Part shown: positions 35,246 through 47,390 of the stretch, piece after piece
Layout: each line of letters starts with the position of its first letter
How positions within the stretch are numbered: the first letter of the stretch is position 1
Assembly (NCBI GenBank): GCA_043228905.1
Contig: JBHGNT010000022.1
Location: forward strand, 10,664,001 to 10,728,000
Length of the DNA stretch: 64,000 nt
Reading direction: 5' to 3'
Source: Azolla caroliniana
Lineage: Eukaryota; Plantae; Polypodiophyta
Position numbers and translations under genes: made by a program
The notes under the pieces: generated by a model
Database searches by the model: none
The model's input: only the letters and a program-made list of their open reading frames with translations
What the model was told of the DNA's origin: nothing

Positions 35246-38200
35246 CAAGCGACTGACACTAACTCCAAGGAATATGCTTACATACTAGGCTTGGACCGTA
35301 GGCTCAAACAACCTACCGGTTCTCACTATTTCGGAGTTCGATCCAGTTCTCTGGTCCATCTCTAGGTACCTATCTGGTTCTCCATTCCAGATACCGATCC
35401 GGCTCTGGCTTATTTAGCCAGTCTAGATCCGGTTGAGCTTGCCCATCTAGGCTCCCTCGCTGTTGCGATTCCAACGCTTCTCAACCCGTCTGTGTTGACT
35501 TCCGCTACCTTCTCGTCTGTTTGGCCTTCAGTGGATACGACTCCTCCGAATCAAACACCTCTTCCGAATCAGGTGCCTCTAATTCGTTCCAACTCTTGTC
35601 CAAATTGGCTGTCTCCAATTCTTCCTCAATCTCCAAGCCCTTCACCACGCCGGACCACGTCCGGGTCTTGGCCTTCTTCCTTTGGTCAGCTCTGTCCTTT
35701 TGGACTCTGCCTCTGTCGCTGCTTGTTCCGACTTTATCAGATGTGCTGACTTCTTTAGTCGACTCGGCTTCCTTTTTTCTTCTTCTTGTCTGGTGCCATT
35801 ACCTGTTTCCCAATTCCCGTTCCCGTTTCCTCCTTTCTCCCCCTCAAGTAGGGCATGTCGAGATAATGAAGACCAAGCATCACCGAAAAATGTTACAACT
35901 TGTCCAAGCCGAGAGGTTTGGCAAAGATGTCGGCAATCTATTGATTCATCGGAACATACACAAGTTCAACTTCACCGGAGAGGACCTGCTCGCTCACAAA
36001 GTGATAATGCACTTCTATCTGCTTTGTCTGAGCATGGAACATGGGGTTCTTGGCCAACTACATCCTACTCATGTTATCACAATGGATCGGAATCGGAGTC
36101 GGTACTTTGATCTAGAGGTCTTGCAACAGTTGTTGAAGCCAAATGGTTTCACAGGTGGCAACGGTAGTGCCCCGATATTCAACTTTAGTGCTCGATCGAG
36201 CCACTATTGGCTGCTTCTAGCTGCTCTACGCAACAATTGCGCTACCTAAAGAGAACATTAATCCGGAAGTGGAACGTCAATCCGACGCATCTCCGGCTTA
36301 GTCGCCATATGTATATCTGATTAGCTTCGCGGTTATACCATGTCGGTATAACAATCCTTGGTCCTTAGTGCTGCTGACATACCTTAGTATTTAGTGCGCG
36401 CATTGAAGGTGCTCCACTGTTGGCTTCTGCATGAATTGATTGATCGCTCTGGCCGAATAGCTAATTTCGGGTTGGGTGATTGTTAAATAAATAAGTCTTC
36501 CAACAATTTGTCAGAACCGTTTCTAATCGCAGGCCGGTCTAGAGTCGGGTCCAAGCTTGAGATTCTGATCCAGGGGTGTGGAGACTCATCGGCAATCCGT
36601 CATGCTGAACTTGTACAACATATTCAACACATAGTGTCATTGTGAGAGCAGTATGTCATCGGGGGTGTGGATCACTTCGATCCGGAGGAAATAACGAAGG
36701 TCCCCTAGGTTCTTCATTTCGAATGCATCCGACAATTGAGATTTCACTTGGCCGATATAGGCAAGTCTGGGTCCAGTGGTCACTAGATCGTCCACATATA
36801 GCAGGATACATATTGAACTTTTCGGACCTATCTGGATGAACAACGATGAGTTGGACTTGGAGGCCACAAACCCCATCTTATGCATCTAGTGTGTGATCTT
36901 TGAATTCCAAGCACAGAAGGCTTTCTTCAGGTCGTAAAGGAACTTTTTAAGTCGGCACACTACTGACCTGTTCATCTCCAATTGAAATCCAGGGGTGGGA
37001 TCATATAGACCTGTTCTTCAAGGTCACCTTGAAGAAATGCATTCTTCATATCCATTTGGTGAAAATGAAACCCCTTGCCGCAGCAACTGCGAGCACCACA
37101 TGAACCATCGTCATCTTCACTATCGGAGTGAAGGTCTCGTCGTAATCGATTCCATAGGTTTGCATGTATCCTTTGGCCACTAATCGGGCCTTTTACCGGT
37201 TGACCAAACTGTCAACATTATACTTTACCTTGTACATCCACTTCCAACCGATCAGTTTGGAATGTCGGGGAGGGTCAACCAAGTCCCATGTGTCGTTGGC
37301 ACCAAGTGCCCTCATCTCTTCCTCCATAGCGGCTTGCCAATGTGCGTCCTTTAACGTTTTTGTGTACCTCTCCGGCTCACACACCTCTGCCACTTTTTTC
37401 ATGTACGCATAATGATGCACCATTTACTAAGTGTACCCATACCATTTTACAGGGTTCTTCTGGCGGGTGGATTGATGCAACTTCTCGTTTGCCGATTTTA
37501 GGGCTCTCTTGGCGGGCTTAGACTTCGTTCTTTCCGGATTCGGATTCACTCCGATCCAACTCTTCCCTTCTGGTGTTATATTCAGACATCTTCTTCTTCC
37601 CTTCCTCTTTGCACGTGAACCGTCTCCTCGGTTCCTAACACGGGCAAAGCATGACAATGTCTTCGCTCCTCATGGGCTCATCATTTTGGCTAATCATTTT
37701 GCTGGTCCTTCTGACTAAGCTCTTCATTCGTCCCGCTCAGATTAAATGAGATCAGACTCTCATCTAGAGTGTTGAAACCTTCTTCATCTTCTGGAATCGG
37801 GGGTTAGAGTCGACAGAGAGTACCAGGATGACGATTCGTCAAATTCGACTCCTCGGCTTACTCCGACTGTCTTTGTCCGGGGATTATAGCAGTTATACCC
37901 ATTTTGCTCATGTGAGTAGCCGACAAGGACACACTTCTCCGACTTCGGGTCCAACTTCCTCCTCTTCTCATCCGGCACATGCACATAGGCAATGCTTCCG
38001 AATATCCTTAGGTGCCTTAAATTCGGCTTCCGCCTTAAATATAGCTTGTGTGCTGACACCTTATCCCTAATCTATTCTTGGATATAAACATACCAATAGA
38101 ACTTGGATATGCTATTCTCTTCCAACATTGTCTGTACCGCCTCCACGATCGACCGATTCTTCCTTTTGGCCAAACCGTTTTGTTCCAGTGTGTATCTATA

Positions 38201-39562
38201 ATTGAATTCTCGCAAATAATTGTTGAATTGGCTGGAAAAGTATTCTTTCCCGTCATTCGACCGTAGGCACTTGATCTTTCTCTCTGTTTCCCATTCAACA
38301 AGATTTTGCAGTTTTGGAAACAGTCGAAGACTTCGTTTTTCTTTGCGATGAGATAGATCAACGTGTGCCGGTTGTAGTCGTTGATGAAAGAGACGAAATA
38401 TCAGCTCCCCCCAAGACTAATGTTTTTTGCCGCCCCCATACATCCGAATGTATTAGATCGAGGTTGTTACCGCTCCGGTTACTTTCGAAGGGGAAAGGAA
38501 GTCGGTGTTGCTTCCCGAGTTGGCAGGCTTCAAAAATTTGGGCCTTCCGGCCACTCAATTTCGGCAATCCGAAAATAACTTGTTTCAATTGCATGTCTTG
38601 AAGTCTCTGATAGTTGACATGGCCGATCCGCTTGTGCCATAGGTCGACATCCGACCTTCTGTCCTTTTGTGAACAAAGTGATGTTGACATCGTTGGTGTC
38701 CAGGATAAACATCGTCCCATCCCGGCGCCCTTGCGTGATGATTCATCCCACTTTCTCAATGAAGCACCCGAGCTGCGTAAACCACACATGCATCCCGTGG
38801 TTGATGATTTGACCGACCGACACCAGGTTCTTTGTGATTGTGGGGACATGAAGCACGTTCATAAGATTCCCTTGTTTTCCAACATGACTCAAGGGGACTT
38901 CACCGACATGCACTATTAGGTTTAGGGTTTAGGGTTTAGAGTGTCGTCTCCGGTTTCGACAACTCCCGGTTGCTCCGGTTTTTCCAGATATGAGAACCAT
39001 TGTTCATGGCTCGTCCTGTGGTTTGATGTTCCGGAGTCAACGTACCACACTTCCTCCGATCCGAATATAGTATTCTTCATTGAGTTCCCCTTGTGCTTCA
39101 TCACAAAGGCAGGCCCTTTTCCGGTCTTTCCGGTTCCGGATCCTTCTGATCCTTCTACGTAGTGTGAGCTTTCTCGGTTCCCTTGTCTGGCCTTACTGGA
39201 TCTGAATTTATTTGAATCGACGCCCTTCTTTCAATACTCTCTTTCCTAGTGGCTCTTCTTGCCACAATACCATAATTATGTGTCCATCTTTCCTCGCTGA
39301 TTTCTGGTGCCACTTTGACTCCCCCTACTATTTGCATTATCTCACCCCATCCTCCATGCCCACAAGGCCGATTTGCCTCTATGTAAAACATCCGGTTATC
39401 CGATTGAGTGCTCCTTGACCCACTTGCGTGGTTTTCTTTGACCATTAGCATCGATTGTAGGTCGACGAAGGACAATGGTTTCTCCCGAATCCGACATTGC
39501 TACACTTCCTCCTTCTAGTAGGTCCAGTATTCGTGCCCCGACAGGTACTGGTGCATTTTAAA
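35246..39562 (-). mobile_element. Degenerate Copia (Copia-3), same family as Copia-1
   Basis: Colinear with Copia-1: KMHQYL.GH, WYVDSGTSNH, LWHKRIGHVNYQRLQD, RRKLDPKSEKC, LLYVDDL. LTR remnant at about 35250-35450 and a large gag deletion. Confidence 0.88.
38916..38939 (+). repeat. Short interstitial plant telomeric repeat tract
   Basis: TTAGG TTTAGGG TTTAGGG TTTAG inside the Copia-3 protease region. Absent at the homologous site of Copia-1 (about 7710-7722). Confidence 0.75.
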
Positions 39563-40090
39563 CCAGATCATCCGAATCAATCTGTTGAACCGAATCAGCT
39601 GCTTCCAATTCATTCTAGCTCTTGTCTGAATCAGTTGCCTCCGATTCGTTCCGGCTGTTGTTCGAGTTGGTAGTTTCCAACTCATCTCCCGGGACTTGGC
39701 CTTCTCCTTTTGGTCGGCTCCTTTTTAACTCAGCCGCCACCGCTTGTTCTGACTTGTTCGAATATGTTGACTCTTTCAGTCGACTTGGCTTCCTTTTTCT
39801 TCTTATATTCCCCTATCTTGGTTCTCTCTTTCTCTATGGTCCCTTGTTTGGTGCCATTATCTGTTTCCATTCTCCCCCTCAAGTGTGGCACGTCAAGACA
39901 TTGAATGACATTGAATGCCGAGCATCTCCGAAAAGTGCTGCAACTTGGTCGATCCGAGAGGCTTAGTGAAGATGTTAGCAACCTGCCGATCTGTGTGAAC
40001 ATATCAAAGTTCAACTTCACCACTCATGACCTGCTCACGGACAAACTGATAATGCACTTCTATGTGCTTGGTCCGAGCATGCAATACGAG
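39563..40090 (-). mobile_element. Additional RNase H C-terminus and 3' region of the Copia-1/3 family
   Basis: HARTKHIEVHYQFVRE and CTCCCCCTCAAG. Similar to about 35560-36060 and 4390-4770. Confidence 0.8.
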
Positions 40091-43000
40091 ATTCTTAGTG
40101 AGCTGTATGCTGAGGATTGCTCATGAATCGGCACACCACTCTGACTGCATATCCAATATCCGGCCAGGTGCACACCATTGCATACATCAAGCTCCCGATG
40201 GTTGAAGCATATGGTATCTTCATCATATCTGTCTTCTCCGCCTTTGTTCTTGGAATTTGTCTTCCGGATAGCTTGTAGTGTGCCGGAAGTGTCGATCCGA
40301 CCGGTTTCGCATCCGACATGTTGAACCGCTGAAGCACCTTCGTCACATACTTTTTCTGTGACAGCCACATCAGCATCTTCAACCGGTCCTGGATGATATG
40401 CATCCTCAATATCTGTCTTGCCGGACCCAAGTCTTTCATCGAGAAGGTTCAGTTCAGAGCCTTCTTCAACATCCGTATCTTGACTTGATCTCGTCCGATG
40501 ATTAGCATGTCCTCCACGTACAGGAGTTGTATCAAGAAGTCTCCTTCGTCAAATTTCTTCACGAACACGCAATGATCGGCTTGCGTTTTGTGGTACCCTT
40601 GATCGGTCATGAAGGAGTCAAACTTCCGGTACCATTGCCGGGGGGAGCTTGCTTCAGTCCATATAAGCTCTTCTTCAGCCGGCACGCCAGGTGCTCCTTC
40701 CCTTTCTTCTCAAATCCTTCTGGTTTTTGCATGTAGATCTCCTCTTCGAGGTCACCATGGAGGAACGCCGTCTTGACGTCTAGTTGCTCTACCTCGAGGT
40801 CCATGCTTGCCACTATGCTCAACACCGTCCGGATGGAAGTCATCTTAACTACCGGGGCAAAGATCTCATCGAAGTCCAGTCCTTTCTTCTGCTGGAAACA
40901 CTTCACCATGATCCGGGCCTTATACCTTGGTGGATTCCCGGTGTCTCCCAGTTTCAGCTTGTACACCCACTTGTTCCGGAGTGCTCTCTTCCCTTTCGGC
41001 AACTTCGTCAGTTCATATGTGTGGTTCTCATGCAAGGAATCCATCTCATCTTGCATGGCACTCAACCACTTGCGGTTGTGGGTGTCTCTGTTTGCTTCTT
41101 CCAACCTTCCTGGCTCCCCCTCATCGGTTAGCAACACATGCTCTTCATCCCGGAATCTCCGGGGGGCTCTAATCTCTCGGAGAGGATATTTCCATCCTTG
41201 GTTTCTGACTACCGGTTCCTCCATTTGTTCCGAATCCGAATCCGATTCGGGATCTTGTCTGGTTCCTATGTCTGGTTCTTCTTCTTCTTCTTCTTCTTCG
41301 GTCGGTTCATTTTCTTGTCCGTAACTGGCCGGTTCGTCGAGTGTCATCCGGTTACCGGCTAACATCCGGTTTTCATTCGGGTATATCCTTTTGTCCTCAA
41401 GCCGGTTCTCATTGGATGATCTGGAGTTCATCACCTTCTTCTCCGACTCCCAGTCGGCAATGGTCTTGTCTTCCATGAAGACTATGCCCCGACTCCGGAA
41501 CACCTTCTTGTCGACCAAATCTCACACCCGGTAACCAAACTCATCATCACCGTATCCAAGGAATATGCATGGCCGGGACTTCAGATCCAGCTTTATTCTC
41601 TTTTCCTTTGCCACATGCATGTAAGTGAGACATCTGAACACCTTCAGATGCCGCTAAGACACATCCTTACCAGTTCATACTCTCTGCGGTGAGTCTCCGG
41701 CCAAGGGTACTGAGGGTGATCTGTTTATCACATAGGTCGTCGTCGTCAACACCTCAGCCCAAAACGTCTTGGGTAACTTGGCATGTGCTAGCATGCTTCA
41801 GACTCTCTCCATTATGGTTCGGTTCATCCTTTCAGCCAGCCCGTTCAATTCCGACGTCTTTGGCATGGTAAATTCGAGCCGGATTCCCTTCGATCGGCAG
41901 TACTCCTTGAATTGCCCCCGGTATTCTCCTCCGTTGTCAGCTCGAACCGCCTTCAGCTTCCGACTAGTTTCTCTTTCCACTTTCACGTGGAGCTCCTTGA
42001 AGACGGATAACATTTGATCCTTCGTCTTCAACGGTGAGACCCACAACTTCTGGTTGTGGTCATCTATGAACGTCACGAAGTACTGCGATCCGGCATGTGA
42101 CTTTGTGTCCACTTCACACACATCTGTATGCACCAGCTCCAGTGGTGCATTCCGTCTTATCAGTGGTCTTGACAGGAAGGAGGTTCAGTTTTGCTTGCCG
42201 ACCAAGCAATCGGTGCACTTCTCAAGTTGCACGTCCTTCACCGAAATGAGGTTGTCTTCGGCAAGCCTTTTCATCCCCTTCTCACTCATGTGACACAGTC
42301 TTTTGTGCCACAGCTCACCAGTAGTGTTGGATGCTACGTTCACTTCATCCCAGCATATTTGGGCATGGATAAGATATAGCGTGTTGACATTCCGGCCTCG
42401 AGCCACTATTAGGCTCCCTTTGCTGAACTTCATAACTCTGTTCTGGATGTTGCCTGTATAGCCCTCATCATCTAGCCGACCGGTTAATATCAAGTTCAGT
42501 CAAACCTCCGGAACGTGTCGAACTCCTTCAGTAACAATTTGCATCCGGTTGATGTCGTCAACGACACATCTCCTATGCCGACAATTCGGCATGTACTTTC
42601 ATTCCCCATAAGAACACAACCATGATCACCAGCTGTGTAGGACGAGAAGCATTTCCAATCCGGTGTCAAGTGGAACGACGCTCCGGAATCGACAACCCAT
42701 GTTGTCTTGTCGCCGACAAGGTTTAACTCATTCTCTTCAGTAATGAGCATCAGTTCTTCTTCACTTGTCGTGATTGCCGATGTTCACTTCAGATCCAGGC
42801 CTCTCCGGTTCGAACTGTTTCGATCCGGACTCTTCTTCAAATCGGTAGTGCCGGTTTCTTTCTCCTTCCGGAAATGTCGGCAGTTCTTCTGGAAGCGTCC
42901 CAGCTTCCCGCAATAGAAGCATGTGGGCCTCCCCCTTGACTTCGACCTCGTCCTTGATTTGTCCCGGTTTTGGGGATTCCGATACCGACCTCTTCCCTAG

Positions 43001-44275
43001 TTGTGGTTATCTTCCGTGACCAAGGCCTTCAGATCAGTTCCGGACTCCCGGTCCTTCCGGCGAGCTTCTTCATCTAGCAAGCTTGATTTTACTCTTGCTA
43101 GGGACAATTGTTTTCCTTTTGGCCCGGCGTTGCCCAATGTGACAACTAATGTCTCCTAGCTATCAGGGAGGGAACTGAGCAGGAGCAATGTGAGTACCTC
43201 ATCGGCAAGAGGTACTTCCAACGAGGTTGCTTGATGTATCAGTCCCTGGAAGGCATTCATGTGACAACTAATGTCTCCCAGCTATCAGGGAGGGAACCAA
43301 GTAGGACCAATGTGAATACCTCATCGGAGAGAGGTACTTCCAATGAGGTTTCTTGATGTATCAGCCCCTGGAAGGCATTCATGTGCTCCGCCATATTGGA
43401 GCCGTCCTGGTACCGGAGCCTCACTAGCTTCCGGAATACCCAAACCCGATTAACAACATTCTTGTTCTTGAACATGATTCCAATCTTCTCCTAGAGTTCA
43501 TGAGCCTTGCTCTCTTCATTGAAGTTGTTGTACAGGATTATGTCAATGAAGCACCGAATGTATGCCATTGTCTTCATGTGCATCACCTCCCACACTGTGG
43601 CATCGATCTTGTCCGGTCTCTTGTCCCCGAACTGAACCGACAACCAAAGATCTTTAACCACCAGCATATCCCTCATCTTCGACTTCCACATTGAGTAGTT
43701 GGAGCCGGTGAGCTTGAGTGCCGCCGAACGATTCTTCCATTTCTTGTGTTGTTCGCTTTGATACTAGTTTCTGGAGAATCGCGGAATATTGCTCAGCCAC
43801 AACCGAGTCTTGAATCACAGAAAATGACATAGGGATGGGAATAGAAGTACACATACAAAAGGGAGTACACAGGATGTTTACGTGGAAAACCCTGAATGGG
43901 AAAGACCACGGGAGCCCACAAACTCCAACTATCACTATGAAGAAAAGAGAGTACAATTGGAGACTTGGAGGCAACGACCTCAAGCTCTGTTTCTTTGCCA
44001 ACCGACGGTTACAATAGAGTATTTCTCTGTATCTCACACACACTCTCTCTCTCTGTCACTCTCTATACAACAGCTCTTACAACAATATAACAACACACAC
44101 GCTAAAGTGATTGCCCTAAGTCATATTTATACTTATATGAACTTAGGGATATTTACAAATATAGCCTCAATGGGCTTACTCAAGAAATATTTACAAACCT
44201 ATCTTCTCTTCCGGTTCTCACTGGGTCCACTTCATTCTCAACCGGATCCCATCCGGAGGGACCGATTTCCCAACA
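40091..44275 (-). mobile_element. Degenerate Copia (Copia-4): Tork/Tnt1-like gag-pol with a 5' LTR resembling that of Copia-1
   Basis: Protein fragments closely parallel Copia-2 (WVVDSGASFHLTP, GELWHKRL, ELNGLAERMNRTIMERV, LLTDEGEP). Decayed iMet PBS at 43755-43766. LTR about 43770-44275. A ~122-bp tandem duplication in gag at about 43139-43382. Confidence 0.88.
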
Positions 44276-46125
44276 TGATGTTGCTATGGTCTTGGTCTCA
44301 GTGGTTGACAAGGCCGTGCACTCTTGGAGCTTCGACCTCCATGATATCGCACCCCCACCATAGGTGAAAATATAGCCTGATGTTAACTTCTGATTGTCCA
44401 TTTTTGCGACATAGTCCGAGTCAGTGTAGCCTTCGACTTCGACTGAGGTTGTCAAACCAAAAGTCAACTGTGTATCTTAGGTCCACCTTAGGTACCTGAA
44501 GATGTGCTTGACGGCCTCCCAATGCTTCCGTCCCGGATTTGACATGTACCGGATGACCACTCCTACGACATAGGCTAGGTCAGGCCAGGTCGCCACCATT
44601 GGGTACATGATACTTACTACGGCCGATGCGTAGGGCATCTTTCCATTGAGCTCTCTCCCCTTGTCTGTTGAAGGAGAGTCTCTGTCAGGTAGTTGGATAG
44701 ACATCGGAAGTGGTGTTGGTGTTGGCTTCGCATTCTGCATGTTAAAGCGCCTCAACACCTTCTGAATATAGTCAGACTGGGAGAGTCAGTGCGTCTTGGT
44801 TGTCCAATTCGCTCGATCCTCATGCCCAGTATGTGATGGGCTTGTTCGAGTTCCTTCATCGCGAACTTGTCGTGATGGCTCCGCTTTAGCTTTCCGATCT
44901 TTTCTTGATTGCTTCTTGCAATCAACATGTCGTCGACATATAGGATCAGATAAATCCTAGACTCGTAGGCCAATTGCCGAATATACATGCATGGGTCGGA
45001 GTCAAATCGGCGGTATCAAAGCTGCGTGATGTAGGAGTGAAACTTTTGGTACCACATCCTTGGCTCTTGTTTCAAGCCATATAGACTTTTCTTTAACCGA
45101 CATACGATGTGACTGTCCTCCTCCGTCGCTGTGAAGCCTGCCGGTTGAGACATATAGATGTCCTCTTCCAGATCTCCATGTAGGATTGCCGTCTTTACGT
45201 CCATCTGCTCGAGCTCTAGGTCTTCTGTCGCTACAACTCCTAGTAGGAGTCGGAGGGTGGTCATCTTGACTAGTGGTGAGAATATCTCGTCGTGGTTGAC
45301 CCCTTATTCTTGTTTGAATCCCTTGGTAACGACCCAAGCTTTGTACGTGGGTTTTCTGAGTTGGATACATATTTGTATCGGAAAACCCATTTGCAAGGTA
45401 ACGGCTTCCTTCCAACTCGTAGTTCGACTAGCTCCCATGTCTGATTCTTGTGAATCGATTCCATTTCGGATTTCATGGGTTGTAGCTATGTTTCCACGTC
45501 CGTTGTGGCCATAGCTTCCTCATAAGTGCTTGGTTCGCCTGCATCGATGTAGTTGACGTAGTTGAGGCCCAGAGGGAAAAACTTTGTTGGCCTTCGAGCT
45601 CATCTAGATCTCCTGGGTGCCGGGATAACTGGTTCGGATTCTTCGATCGACTTGGTTGGGCGATCGGTCTTTGTTGAACCATTTGTCATGATATGGCAAG
45701 ACTCGAACCCATGACCTTAGGTTATATGGGTCGAGCTCTTGACCATTAGATCATCTATTGTAATACGTAGGATATTATTTTCATTTACATTTTATTATAG
45801 GAAATTAGTGTATATTCCAGATTTCTCTGGAACATTCTAGAAGCTTCAGGATTACTCCTGAAAACACTATAAAAGAGGGCACTATGCATTATGTTGAACC
45901 AAATTGGTTCAACGCCAATCTTAAGCCTTTTAGCCACCATTGTATATTCTCTTCATATAATACATATCTTTCTTATCATCACTCTCTCACTCTCTCTCTC
46001 TCTCACTCTCTTTCTCTCTGTCTCGCTCACTTCTTCCTTCTCTCGAAGAAGTTCCACACCTCTCATAGTACTAATCCTTCGTTTAGTACTAATTCCTTCT
46101 TTGTCTCAGTACTATTCATGACAGT

Positions 46126-46137
46126 TTGAACCAATTT
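46126..46137 (+). promoter_or_regulatory. Non-tRNA (self-priming type) PBS
   Basis: TTGAACCAATTT is the exact complement of AAATTGGTTCAA at 45901-45912, about 27 nt downstream of TATAAAA (45868-45874). There is no TGG-initiated tRNA PBS. Confidence 0.78.
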
Positions 46138-46197
46138 TCCCTACCTTCTGTCTCTCTCATTTCCTACTAATCTTTTATTCCTCTTTTCTTTCATCCC

Positions 46198-47349
46198 ATG
46201 GCCACTGTTAGCGCTGAAGAATATCAATCTGTTTTCTTGGAATTTCACTGCTTGAAGGAGAAGTTCCATGCTTTGGAACAAGAAAACCAACGGTTGCTGG
46301 GGGATCTTCAACAAATCTCCTTAGAAAAGCAGCAAACGCAACAACAACATGGGGAACTTGCGTTACGTGTGCAACAACTCGAAGCAACCATCGTAGCGAT
46401 GCAACAACAAGGGCCCGGAACACAAGGGATTCATAGAGAACCCAAGATTGGCCTTCCCACGAAGTTTGATGGAACGCAATCGCAGTTTAGAGGGTTCCTT
46501 AACCAGTTATGATTAATTATTCAAATGCATCCTTCCCGATATCCCACCGATGCATCACGAGTGGGTTTAGTAGGCACTTTGTTAAGTGGCTCAGTGTTGT
46601 CATGGTTCGCTCCACTATTAGAAAAGGAATCTCCATTACTCCACAATTTTGAAGAGTTTCTAGGTGAGTTTAAAGCATGTTTCGGAGATATTGATAGCAT
46701 CAGGACCGCAATCAACAAAATCCAGCGATTACGCCAAGGTGACTGTCCAGCCTCCGCATATGCTACAGATTTTCGCCTACTCGCTGCCGATATCCCTTGG
46801 GATGACCAAGCGTTGATGGAGCAATTCCGTTATGGTTTACGCAACGACGTCAAGGATTTACTATTGACCTTCCCCGAAGAGCCAAAGTCCTTAACAGAAG
46901 CAATCAGTCGCGCGGTGAGATGTGACAACCACCTCTTTGAGCGACGTTCGGAACGACAGCTACAGATGCCGAGGGCAAGATTAGAGCCCACCTATGCCTC
47001 AGTGGTAGCAAGACCTTTTCCGAGGGAGTCATATAATGCGCCTCCAGCGAATACTCCGACTTCAATGGAGATTGACACTACACGTCGTCGAGGGCCATTA
47101 TCCGAAGAAGAAAAGCAGCGACGCCGTACAAATCGACTATGTCTTTACTACGGTGGACTAGGACATATCGCAATAAATTGCTCCCATAGGCCAAGAAGAC
47201 AGGTAAACCAAATAATCGCTAGTTCTAATTGTACTAAATCCGAGCTTATTTTAGTAGGGATATCTGATAGTCCTAATAGTACTAATATCCCAGATCTAGC
47301 AAACAAATTTGATGTCCTTAGTCAGTTAGAAGAAGAGTTAAACGACTAA
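46198..47349 (+). pseudogene. Chromovirus gag (one premature stop)
   Basis: Coiled-coil N-terminus, PTKFDG..FRGFLNQL, LRQG..ASAY..F, FRYGL, MEID, and a decayed knuckle CLYYGGLGHIAINC. Confidence 0.9.
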
Positions 47350-47390
47350 GTCCAGCCAAAATAGGAGTCGTTTGGTTGGACAACCCTAGA
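47337..47390 (+). promoter_or_regulatory. Putative -1 programmed ribosomal frameshift signal (gag-pol)
   Basis: G_TTA_AAC just before the gag stop, a 6-nt spacer, then stem GTCCAGCCAAA/TTTGGTTGGAC. The -1 frame is open into protease. Confidence 0.65.
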
